This document shows positions 17,447-25,977 of a stretch of DNA of 40,000 nt, piece after piece; position 1 is the stretch's first letter; each line of letters opens with the position of its first letter. The stretch spans positions 1,206,275 to 1,246,274 of the forward strand of contig NZ_JBBOXF010000001.1 of the NCBI RefSeq assembly GCF_038007465.1, in the 5' to 3' direction. This DNA comes from Sporosarcina sp. FSL K6-1508 (GTDB lineage: Bacteria; Bacillota; Bacilli; Bacillales_A; Planococcaceae). The notes under the pieces are model-generated. The model was not told the origin of the DNA, ran no database searches, and worked only from the letters and a program-made list of their open reading frames with translations. Made by a program: the position numbers and the translations under genes.

Positions 17447-18835
17447 ATGTCAATTGGAGCAATGTTTAAGCTCGGTGAACAAAAGATTCGCCCTGGTGTT
17501 TTCGTCCGCTGGTATAATGCCGGCGGGTATAAAAGATACTCGCGGCCACTCGGTGTTTCTGCGGCTGTTATCAAGTCAAACTGGGGGCCGATTGGTGAAG
17601 TTGTCACACTGGATACAGGCGAAGACGTAAAGGATAAACTCGGAACCGGCTTAGGCCCTGACGTGGTTAATGAAATATTCGAGGGCGGCGCTTCGTTCTG
17701 TCACACAGTCAGGATCGGCACAGGCGGCCAACCGGCAGAAGTGGACCTGGAAGCCGAAACCGAAACAGTGAAGCTGCGGACAAAGTACCCCACGTCCAGG
17801 AACTTTAGCGTGACTGTGAGGGAGGCTCTTGATCCTGCATTAAAAGAGATCATTCTGTTTGAAGGCACCCGACAAATTCAGTCGTTAACTTTCGCGAAGG
17901 GTGAAAACGAAGCCTCGGCACTTCTTGAAGTCGTTAATGCGGAAAGTAAATACTTAACGGCCACAACCGCTGGATCCGGTGAAGTAGAAGTCGTCATAAA
18001 TGAACCTCTTTCTGGCGGAGCAGATCCAGATACTGTCGGGGAAGATTACACCGACGGAATGCAGCATCTTGAAACTAAGTTCTTCGACTCGATTACGGTT
18101 GATTCAGAAGACGCCATTATCCACGCTGCACTTCATGCGTTTGTAAGACGAAAAATTCGAGAAGGTTACCGCATGACGATGGTCGTTGGTGAAAAGCCGG
18201 ATGTTTCTTTTGAAACGCGCAAGTCCCACGCCAAGGCCTTTAATGACTTCGCGGTTGTTTATGTAGGGAATGGTGTCGAAACGACGACAGGGGGAATCGT
18301 GGGCGCAACTGCTGCGGCTCGCGTGCTTGGCATGCTGGTCTCTGGGTCCTACAAGTCCAGCCTGACTAAGAACACGATTACAGGCGGTGTTGGTCTTATC
18401 GGTGAAATGACTTCGAATGAATATAACGAAGCGGTTCAGAGCGGGATGATGGTCTTCTCTCTCAATCCGGACAGCATTCCTCAGATTGATTACGGAATCA
18501 ATACCCTTGTTTCCCTTGCTGAAGACGAGGATGAGGGTTGGCAGAAGCTGCGTCGCGTTCGTACTCGCTATGAGCTGATCGACCGTATCGCTATCACGAT
18601 TTCCAAGGCTATGGCGAACAACATCGATAATGGCCACGACGGCAGGCAGTTCGTCATTCAGCTTGCCAATGGCATCATCGGTGAAATGATCGGTGAAGGC
18701 GGATTGGAAAGCGGAGAAATGATTATAGATCCAGTTACATCGCCGCAGGGCGACTCGGCTTGGTTTAAGTTTGACAATCTTGTCGATCTAGATGGGCTTG
18801 AAAAAGCTTATTTGGCGTTCGGGTTTCAGTATTAA
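17447..18835 (+). CDS. contractile tail sheath protein (XkdK-like)
   Basis: 462 aa. N-terminal GEQKIRPGVFVRW resembles the sheath N-terminal motif. Followed by tube, chaperone and tape measure genes. Confidence 0.8.
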   Translation: MSIGAMFKLGEQKIRPGVFVRWYNAGGYKRYSRPLGVSAAVIKSNWGPIGEVVTLDTGEDVKDKLGTGLGPDVVNEIFEGGASFCHTVRIGTGGQPAEVDLEAETETVKLRTKYPTSRNFSVTVREALDPALKEIILFEGTRQIQSLTFAKGENEASALLEVVNAESKYLTATTAGSGEVEVVINEPLSGGADPDTVGEDYTDGMQHLETKFFDSITVDSEDAIIHAALHAFVRRKIREGYRMTMVVGEKPDVSFETRKSHAKAFNDFAVVYVGNGVETTTGGIVGATAAARVLGMLVSGSYKSSLTKNTITGGVGLIGEMTSNEYNEAVQSGMMVFSLNPDSIPQIDYGINTLVSLAEDEDEGWQKLRRVRTRYELIDRIAITISKAMANNIDNGHDGRQFVIQLANGIIGEMIGEGGLESGEMIIDPVTSPQGDSAWFKFDNLVDLDGLEKAYLAFGFQY

Positions 18836-18847
18836 TAAATAATTGAG

Positions 18848-18873
18848 AAGTCACCTTCGCGGGTGGCTTTTTT
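18848..18873 (+). terminator. intra-operon terminator/attenuator after the sheath gene
   Basis: AAGTCACC (18848-18855) pairs with GGTGGCTT (18862-18869), 6-nt loop, T-run. Confidence 0.65.
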
Positions 18874-18893
18874 AATTTCAGGGAGGTAAAAGC

Positions 18894-19334
18894 ATGGATG
18901 GAAGATATACATTTCGACGTTGTATTCCTGTCGATCAAATAGATATTGCAAACGTTCAACCTGGGGAATTGCTTCAGCGTGAATGGGGTTTTCGCGTTAA
19001 CATGCCACCAGAAATGCAGGAGCAGCTCGATAGTGGAGAGTTTGATCCACGAAATATTTTGCACGGCGTGGATGGCGAGCTTTATGACGAGGATGGAAAT
19101 TTCTTAGCGGAAGTGAACACGTTCCACGCGCAGATGAGCTTTAATACGGCTGATTATCAAGCGGCTGGTGAGTGGGTCGAGTGGGGTATTACAACGGGTT
19201 ACTCGTTTACTCTCACATTCACAGAGACTGTCGTTCGTGATTTGTTGCTCGTTAAGATTCTTGATGGATTTAAAAAAGGTGCTCGCTTGCCGGATCTAAC
19301 GTTCACAGCTGTCTTGCGTTCGCACCAACGATAA
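18894..19334 (+). CDS. tail tube protein (XkdM-like)
   Basis: 146 aa, GGGAGG RBS, directly after the sheath. Confidence 0.7.
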   Translation: MDGRYTFRRCIPVDQIDIANVQPGELLQREWGFRVNMPPEMQEQLDSGEFDPRNILHGVDGELYDEDGNFLAEVNTFHAQMSFNTADYQAAGEWVEWGITTGYSFTLTFTETVVRDLLLVKILDGFKKGARLPDLTFTAVLRSHQR

Positions 19335-19357
19335 AAACAACTATTGGAGGAATTTAA

Positions 19358-19849
19358 ATGTCTGAAGAAAAATTAAATCAAGAAGAATTGCTGGCTGTTG
19401 AGAGCTCCGTTCTCAGCGGCCTTTTGGCTGCACACCAGGATCAGAAAGATGATACGACGACAATTGAAATTGCCCGGAAAGGGAAGGTGTTGTTTTCTTT
19501 CGACATCCATGCCTTGACAGAGAAGCAGTACCATGATTTGCAAGATAAAGCGACGAAATTCCGTAAGGCGAAAAACTTGGGCGGAGTGAAAGTTGCTGAG
19601 GAAACGGATATCACACGCTTCAGGTCGCTGCTCATTTATCATGCGACCGTGAAGGAAGATCGCCAGAAGATTTGGGATGACAAGGAAGCCTGGAGGCAGC
19701 TGAACGTTCCAAACGGGATCCACCTGATTGACGTTGTTCTGAAGGCCGGGGAAAAGAAAGCCATCATTGATAAGATTGACGAAATTTCCGGTTATACCGA
19801 CGATGCGGACGAAATCATAAAAAACTCATTAGGGCAGGAGGACGAATAA
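19358..19849 (+). CDS. tail assembly chaperone (XkdN-like), short form
   Basis: 163 aa, acidic, between the tube and the tape measure. Confidence 0.7.
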   Translation: MSEEKLNQEELLAVESSVLSGLLAAHQDQKDDTTTIEIARKGKVLFSFDIHALTEKQYHDLQDKATKFRKAKNLGGVKVAEETDITRFRSLLIYHATVKEDRQKIWDDKEAWRQLNVPNGIHLIDVVLKAGEKKAIIDKIDEISGYTDDADEIIKNSLGQEDE

Positions 19850-19998
19850 CGCTCCTGCACGAGATTTTTCAACGGACCGGGAAATTGCCGGACGAAATCA
19901 TGAATCTTCCTGACGGCATGCGCAAGTTTGCCTTGTTGTCGATGGAGGTTAAGTTGATTGAAGAAAATGAGCGGCGGAAGAACGGAGGGGTAGTTTAA
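19358..19998 (+). CDS. tail assembly chaperone, -1 frameshift-extended form (shift at A_AAA_AAC 19819-19825)
   Basis: The slippery heptamer is in X_XXY_YYZ phase with the 0 frame. The -1 frame is open from there to TAA 19996-19998, which overlaps the tape-measure ATG. No RBS-preceded start serves the downstream frame. Confidence 0.6.
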
Positions 19999-22900
19999 TG
20001 TCGAAGGAAGTTTATCGCATTGAGATCCCTATCGAAACGACCGACAAGTATTCCGATGGATTAAAAAGAGCTGAAAAAGATGTTAAAGGCTTTGAGGATA
20101 CTGCTAAAAAAGCAGCAAAAAGCACCAAGGAACTGGGCAACACGTCCGAGGATGCAGCAAAGAGCGTAAGCAGGGTAGGCAGCTCCGCTCGCGGTTCTGA
20201 AAGAGAAGTCACGAGATTCCAGTCTACCGTTCAAAAAACGAGGGATCGACTCAGATCCCTCACTTCTTCTAGTTGGAATCTGACTGTTCGAGCGGTGGAC
20301 CATGCCACAAGGGTAATCACCGGCGTCAATTCGCTCATCCATCGTACTGCGAACCGGAGCTATAGCTTCACTCTTCGAGCGGTCGATATGGCGACCCGAA
20401 CTTTAGGGGGGATAAAGCGAGCTATAACTAGCATACCGGCTATGGTCACTGTTGCTTTATCCGTTGTCGGGGTTAATAAGTTAAAAGAAGCAACCGTCGG
20501 TGCGGCCATGAATTTTGAGGATTATGGCGTGGCGATGAACCATTGGCTTAAAGGTGATCAGAAGGCTCAAAAAGAACTGATGACCTGGATGGGGCGGAAG
20601 GCGGATAAGACGCCATATAGTTCCGCTGATATTTTCCCAGCCATGACAGGGGCCGTCGCGCTGGCTGGCAACGATCAGAAAAACATACAACGTTTGACGA
20701 GTGCGGCTATTGATATGGCCGCTTTGTCAGGCGGACAGCAAACTGTTGAGGATGCCATGCAGGCGTTAACGAGTGCAAAAATGGGAAACATGACCAGGAT
20801 GAAGCTAGGCTTTAATATGCAAATGTCAAAAAAAGAGTATGACAAAATAGGTTTTAATGGCTTTATAGATCGTGTAGAGGCTGAATTCAAAGGCGGCGCT
20901 GCGGCGTTATCGAAGACGGGTAGAGGTATGCTAAGTACCTTATCAGGGTATATGTCGTCCCAATTCCGTATGCTCGGTGATGGGATCCTGGAAGGCATGA
21001 AGCCGCGATTGCAAGCCATAAATGATTGGCTTGATGATAACCAGGATAAGTGGGGCGCTTGGAAAGAAACGCTCGTCAAGGCTGGTCACGAAGCGTCTGA
21101 GTGGACCTTTTCTAAGTTGGAGAAGGGCTTTGACTATTTAAAAACGAATTATCTCGAAAATGAAGATTTTAAAAACCTGGACTTCAAAGGTAAAATCGGA
21201 TTCATTATGGCTGACGTGTCCGGCTGGTGGAGCGGCACGGCTAAACCTACGCTAGACGCCTGGTGGGAATCGTCAGGCAAACCGTGGGCAGCAGAAATGG
21301 GGCTGACCATCGGAGAGGCGATATTCGAAGGGTTGAAATTAGGCCTCTCGAAAGGCCTTGGCACCCTGGGAGATATGTGGGGCGGTGTGAACGAAACAGC
21401 TAAGGAACATGGTGTGTTTTCTAAGGAAACAGCTACTTCGGCGGGCGGGGCTGGCGTGGCGACGCTTGGCGCTGGCGCTCTGGCGGCCATGGCTTTATCT
21501 CCGCTGTTGAAAGGCGTAGGCGGCATAATGAAGGGCGCGAAATGGGCTGGCGGCGGCTTACTTGGTGCGGGCCAGCGGATAATGGGGGGAGGTAAAGGTT
21601 CAACGCCACCCGTTGTCGCTCCTAATTTAAAACCTAGTAGCGCAGGGAAACCGGAACCACAAAAGGCGTCAGCACCACCAAGGAATACCCCAGTGATCTT
21701 AGATCAACACGGGAAGCCTTTGCCACCTTCAGGTGCGAAACCGGCATCAGCATCGACGCCAGTACCGAAGCCTTCAAAGGCTCCTAAGTTACCGAAAGGT
21801 ATTTCTGGCGCGATGAAAAAACTGCCTTTCCTCGGGACGTTACTCAGCGCGGTAGCAATAACCAATTCAACTAAAGAGGGGCTGCCCGGAGCGATCGGTG
21901 CCTTTGGTGGAGGTATTGCTGGCGCTAAAGGAGGGGCAATGGCGGGGGCTGCTATAGGCTCCGTTGTTCCTGGCGTCGGCACCGCGATTGGTGCAGGGGT
22001 CGGAGGTCTTGTTGGTGGTATTGGAGGTGCCGTTGGAGGGGAGTGGTTAGGCGGAAACTGGGACATCATTAAGGAGAAGGCTGCTGACGTTGCTGGGTGG
22101 ATCGGCACTAAGTTTAATAGTGCACGAGAGGTCACTTCGGCCACTTTACTTAATGGTGAATGGTGGGGCGGAAAGTGGGATTCAATAAAATCCGGAGCGG
22201 AAGCAGCGAGTACCTGGGTAGCCGACAAATGGAATGCGGGATTGGATTCAGTCAAAGGTGGAGCCGACTGGGCAAGTGGAAAGGTTGGTGCTGGTTTAGA
22301 CGCCGTCAAGAGCAAATGGGGAGAAATATCCGGCTGGTTTGATAATACTGTTTGGACCCCCATTTCAGACGGGGCGATAAATGCCATGAACTTCACAGCC
22401 GGCCTCTTAGATATCGGACAAGAATGGGCAAAGGAAAAGTGGTCAAATTTTTCTAATTGGTTCGACGATGCTGTCTGGACTCCTATTTCAGACGGCGCTA
22501 CAGCTGCCGGTCAGTGGATATCAGATAAGTACACCGCATCTAAAGAGCGGGTGCTGGGAACTTGGTCGGACTTTAATCAGTGGTTTTCCGATTCTGTTTG
22601 GGAACCTGTGAAAGAAGGAGCAACCATCGCCGGTCAATGGATATCTGATAGATACGGAGAGGCTAAGGGTTGGGTCCAGGAGAAATGGGGCGATGTTAGT
22701 GATTGGTTTACCGAAGCTATATGGACTCCTATTCAAACCGGGGCTGCCATTTCTGGTCAATGGATATCTGATAGATATACCGAATCGAAGGACTGGATAC
22801 AAGGTGCATGGTCTGACTTTTCGGGGTGGTTCGACGAAGCAATTTGGGCTCCTGTGAAAGAGGGAGCCGCTGTTTCCGGTCAGTGGATTTTTGACAGGTA

Positions 22901-23555
22901 TTCCGAAGCAAGAGACTTCGTACAAGAGTCCTGGTCTGGAGTATCTGGTTGGTTTTCGACCAATGTATGGGATCCGGTAAAATCGCTAGGCGAAGCAGCA
23001 GCCGACGGGATTAAGTCTGCTTTTGATAGCGCGAAAGAAGGAATCACATCCGCATATAATTGGGCAAAAGGAAAATGGGACGACGTCAAGACTTGGACGA
23101 CAGGAGTCACTAAACGAGGAGAGGAAATTACAGGAGTTTCTCCTCGCAAATACGCAAAGGGGACGAATTTCCACCCAGGCGGTCCTGCAATTGTCGGGGA
23201 TGGCGGTGGTCCTGAATTGATCCGTTATCCTGGCGGCGGCTTATCTTTATCCCCTGGGGTGGACACGCTCATGAATTTACCGAAAGGGACATCGGTGTTG
23301 TCCCATCGTGACACCAGAAAAGTGTTCGGCAATGTGCCGGCTTATGCTGACGGAATCGGTTTCCAATCAAGCGCGGCGCCTGCAATTGTCGGAGGTGGCG
23401 GCAGTCCTGCTCCTGTGAGTGCGATCCATGTAAGTGCACCTGTAAGTGTCGCGATCGAGGGATCTGCCACTGATCAAGAAATCATAAATGAAGTGCTCAG
23501 CAAATTCGGCAAAGAAATGACGGCCAAATTGCTGGAGGCGCTTGCTAACAGATAG
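19998..23555 (+). CDS. tail tape measure protein
   Basis: 1185 aa, with a Gly-rich hydrophobic segment and Trp/Phe-periodic repeats. Position is after the frameshifted chaperone. Confidence 0.9.
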   Translation: MSKEVYRIEIPIETTDKYSDGLKRAEKDVKGFEDTAKKAAKSTKELGNTSEDAAKSVSRVGSSARGSEREVTRFQSTVQKTRDRLRSLTSSSWNLTVRAVDHATRVITGVNSLIHRTANRSYSFTLRAVDMATRTLGGIKRAITSIPAMVTVALSVVGVNKLKEATVGAAMNFEDYGVAMNHWLKGDQKAQKELMTWMGRKADKTPYSSADIFPAMTGAVALAGNDQKNIQRLTSAAIDMAALSGGQQTVEDAMQALTSAKMGNMTRMKLGFNMQMSKKEYDKIGFNGFIDRVEAEFKGGAAALSKTGRGMLSTLSGYMSSQFRMLGDGILEGMKPRLQAINDWLDDNQDKWGAWKETLVKAGHEASEWTFSKLEKGFDYLKTNYLENEDFKNLDFKGKIGFIMADVSGWWSGTAKPTLDAWWESSGKPWAAEMGLTIGEAIFEGLKLGLSKGLGTLGDMWGGVNETAKEHGVFSKETATSAGGAGVATLGAGALAAMALSPLLKGVGGIMKGAKWAGGGLLGAGQRIMGGGKGSTPPVVAPNLKPSSAGKPEPQKASAPPRNTPVILDQHGKPLPPSGAKPASASTPVPKPSKAPKLPKGISGAMKKLPFLGTLLSAVAITNSTKEGLPGAIGAFGGGIAGAKGGAMAGAAIGSVVPGVGTAIGAGVGGLVGGIGGAVGGEWLGGNWDIIKEKAADVAGWIGTKFNSAREVTSATLLNGEWWGGKWDSIKSGAEAASTWVADKWNAGLDSVKGGADWASGKVGAGLDAVKSKWGEISGWFDNTVWTPISDGAINAMNFTAGLLDIGQEWAKEKWSNFSNWFDDAVWTPISDGATAAGQWISDKYTASKERVLGTWSDFNQWFSDSVWEPVKEGATIAGQWISDRYGEAKGWVQEKWGDVSDWFTEAIWTPIQTGAAISGQWISDRYTESKDWIQGAWSDFSGWFDEAIWAPVKEGAAVSGQWIFDRYSEARDFVQESWSGVSGWFSTNVWDPVKSLGEAAADGIKSAFDSAKEGITSAYNWAKGKWDDVKTWTTGVTKRGEEITGVSPRKYAKGTNFHPGGPAIVGDGGGPELIRYPGGGLSLSPGVDTLMNLPKGTSVLSHRDTRKVFGNVPAYADGIGFQSSAAPAIVGGGGSPAPVSAIHVSAPVSVAIEGSATDQEIINEVLSKFGKEMTAKLLEALANR
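22317..23054 (+). repeat. six tandem 123-nt (41-aa) repeats inside the tape measure gene
   Basis: Units start with TGG at 22317, 22440, 22563, 22686, 22809 and 22932. Consensus W-s-d-f-s-x-W-F-d-x-a-v-W-t-P-i-x-x-G-A-x-x-a-G-Q-W-I-S-D-r-Y. Confidence 0.85.
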
Positions 23556-23568
23556 AGGGGGTGAAGGT

Positions 23569-24219
23569 ATGCAGTTTTCTTTTTTAGATCCGGTTACAAA
23601 GGAAGTCGTCATATTGCCGATCGGCCCCACGAGAATGGGGGCGGTCATCGGCACAAAGGTGTTGAGCTTTGAACCCACGACCCTCGGGATCGTCGAAGTT
23701 CCGCGTGGAAGATTGCCTGTTAAGTTCTCCTTAGACGGGTTGTTGCCTGGGGAGTTTCAGTCCATAGAGCGCCAATCGGAATTGACTCCGGAGGAAATTG
23801 TTGAGAAGTTCCGCGGGTGGGCCGACGCGAAAGGCGCGACCGGAAAAAAGTTGCGCTTCATTGTAACCGGCACTGACTGGAATATACCTGTTTTCTTCAA
23901 TTCCTTTAGTCCTGAGTATTCTGGCGGTGGTGGCGACATTCATTATAGCTTGGAAATGACAGAGTTTCGTGACTTCGTCGTCAAAGAGGTGAAGCCTCAA
24001 TCCTCCGGGAAAGAGACTGTTCGTGAAACTAAGCCGAAGCCAAAGACTTACACAATAAAAAAAGGCGACACCCTTTGGGCGATCGCTCGTAAGCATACAG
24101 GCAGCGGCGCGAAGTGGACCGAGATATGGAGTTCCTTCAAGTCAACGAGCAGGAGTAAAAACCCCGACCTGATCTATCCAGGCGAAACCATAACGATCCC
24201 GGCAGCGTGGTTGAAATGA
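23569..24219 (+). CDS. LysM-domain tail protein (XkdP-like)
   Basis: C-terminal YTIKKGDTLWAIARKH....DLIYPGETITIP is a LysM motif. Confidence 0.75.
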   Translation: MQFSFLDPVTKEVVILPIGPTRMGAVIGTKVLSFEPTTLGIVEVPRGRLPVKFSLDGLLPGEFQSIERQSELTPEEIVEKFRGWADAKGATGKKLRFIVTGTDWNIPVFFNSFSPEYSGGGGDIHYSLEMTEFRDFVVKEVKPQSSGKETVRETKPKPKTYTIKKGDTLWAIARKHTGSGAKWTEIWSSFKSTSRSKNPDLIYPGETITIPAAWLK

Positions 24220-25229
24220 TTGATTTGACTAAAGTTGACTATCGTTTAACTTTGTTGCCTCCATCCGGTTCGAAGATTGATATTACTGATTTAATGCAAT
24301 CGGCCATACTTGAAGAAATGGAAGGTCAGGTGGCGGCCAAGCTCGCGGTCAATATTAAAAATATCAAGAGGGATGATGGTTGGATTCACCAGCACGCGTA
24401 CCTTGCCAAGAGGATGGTGCTCGAGGCGACTGACGGCAACGGGTGGAAAGAAGTCTTTCGGGGATCCAGTTTCGTCTGGAAAACGACATCTGAAGATCAT
24501 ACCGTTGACTTCATTGCTTATGATCCGAATTATCGCCTGGTGACGTCAAAGGAGCACTATTATTTCAAAACCGGAATGACGGGAGCTGGGAGCGTTAAAG
24601 TGATCGCGGGTGAATGGGGCATTCCCCTGGGGAAAATAGACGGCCCGAACGTCTCGCTCATTAAGAAGATGTACCGCGGTTATCTATCCGACACAATCAA
24701 GGAACGGTTTAAAGAATCGAGCGAAAAGGGCGACAGTGGTTATATCGTCCGTTCGACATTAGGCAAGCTCGACGTTGTTAAAGAAGGAATGAATTCAACC
24801 GTTTATGAATTGACTGACGCGACGACTGAAGGTAGCTCTGATGAACATTCCATTGATAGCGGATTTGTCACTCGTGTGAAAATTTACGGTAACGAAGCAA
24901 AAGAAGCACGGCCAAAAGTGGAATCAGTCATAAGTGGCAGAACTGAACTCGGAATCATGCAAGAGATCCTTTACAAGTCCGACTTCGATAATGCCGGGGC
25001 TGCGAAAGCTGCAGGAAATGCAATTCTCAAAGAGAAGGGAAAGCCTGAGATTAGTCGCCCGCTCAATCATCCTGATATCCCTTGGATTAGAAAGGGAGAT
25101 AAAGTATCAGTTGCATCCGGCACGATCGGATCCATGAAAGACGGTGTTCAGGTAGGAATTAATTGCATTGTGAAAAGCGTGACCCATGACATAGTCGCAA
25201 AGAGGATGAGGCTTCAACTGAAAGGATAA
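24216..25229 (+). CDS. baseplate hub/late-control-D-like protein (XkdQ-like)
   Basis: 337 aa; ATGA overlap with the LysM gene; PBSX synteny. Confidence 0.55.
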   Translation: MIDLTKVDYRLTLLPPSGSKIDITDLMQSAILEEMEGQVAAKLAVNIKNIKRDDGWIHQHAYLAKRMVLEATDGNGWKEVFRGSSFVWKTTSEDHTVDFIAYDPNYRLVTSKEHYYFKTGMTGAGSVKVIAGEWGIPLGKIDGPNVSLIKKMYRGYLSDTIKERFKESSEKGDSGYIVRSTLGKLDVVKEGMNSTVYELTDATTEGSSDEHSIDSGFVTRVKIYGNEAKEARPKVESVISGRTELGIMQEILYKSDFDNAGAAKAAGNAILKEKGKPEISRPLNHPDIPWIRKGDKVSVASGTIGSMKDGVQVGINCIVKSVTHDIVAKRMRLQLKG

Positions 25230-25243
25230 AGGAGGGCTGCGCC

Positions 25244-25507
25244 ATGATAAACTACGACTTCGTGAACGATTTAGCGGCAGCAATAGAGGGGACATCGGAA
25301 AAAGTTACAGGTAACGCTGTGCAATTCCCTGTTTTCGGAACAATTATTGATGGGCAATTAAATTTAAAAGCAGACGGTTTCGGCCGTGTCATACCTGCTG
25401 CTGACTATCATAAAAAGAAGGGGTTGTCATTATCCCCTGGCGACAGGGTCCTGTGTGTTCCTATCGAAGACGGCCACACATTCATACTGACGGAGTTGGT
25501 CGAATGA
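25244..25507 (+). CDS. small baseplate protein (XkdR-like)
   Basis: 87 aa; synteny. Confidence 0.5.
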   Translation: MINYDFVNDLAAAIEGTSEKVTGNAVQFPVFGTIIDGQLNLKADGFGRVIPAADYHKKKGLSLSPGDRVLCVPIEDGHTFILTELVE

Positions 25508-25977
25508 CAGAGCAATTATACCCGTCGTTTGACTCTCCTGATTTAATGGCCGGCGAGCAGATCGAGAGCCTGGAAGAAGTTCATGCGGCAAAGTTTGATC
25601 TTGAAGAAGGGAAATTAGTCGTTACCGGCGTCGGCAAGGTGATCACCGGCAATCCGGTAGACGCTTATCGCTTCTGGGCTATTAAATGCTGTTTAACCGA
25701 GCGGTATCAGTATGATGCGTACAGCTCGGATTTTGGCGTTGAGTTCCAGCGGATTGTAGAAGCGAATTATCCACGGCCAATTGCCGAGAGTGAAATAAAG
25801 CGAACGATCACCGAGGCTTTAATGATCGATAGAAGAACTGTGTCCACTAGCGCTTTTTCTTTTGAGTGGCAGGGTGATTCTTGTTGGATATATTTCCAGT
25901 TAGAAAGTGTATATGGCATCGATCATATCGAAATAGTTAGGGGTGGTGAATTGAGTGGTAGAGTTCTCGCTGCCTGA
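25504..25977 (+). CDS. baseplate protein (XkdS-like)
   Basis: ATGA overlap; 157 aa; synteny. Confidence 0.5.
   Translation: MTEQLYPSFDSPDLMAGEQIESLEEVHAAKFDLEEGKLVVTGVGKVITGNPVDAYRFWAIKCCLTERYQYDAYSSDFGVEFQRIVEANYPRPIAESEIKRTITEALMIDRRTVSTSAFSFEWQGDSCWIYFQLESVYGIDHIEIVRGGELSGRVLAA

Noticed and set aside
9697-18721. Interpretation of GGTGAAATG as internal Shine-Dalgarno plus ATG (nested translation starts), or as a DNA-level site such as a methylase or Chi-like site.
   Set aside because: The GGTGA-to-ATG spacing is only 1 nt, too short for initiation. The third base of the Gly codon varies while the reading frame is always kept, which favours a peptide-level motif. A DNA-level role is not excluded, because Glu is GAA in all 14 copies.
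21704-22396. 230-aa minus-strand ORF inside the tape measure gene, plus other long antisense ORFs (15471-16148, 12913-13533, 14233-14787, 9808-10332, 18104-18637, 29934-30539).
   Set aside because: All lie fully inside well-supported + strand genes. They have low-complexity Pro/Ser/Ala-rich translations, no RBS and no synteny logic. They are typical shadow ORFs.
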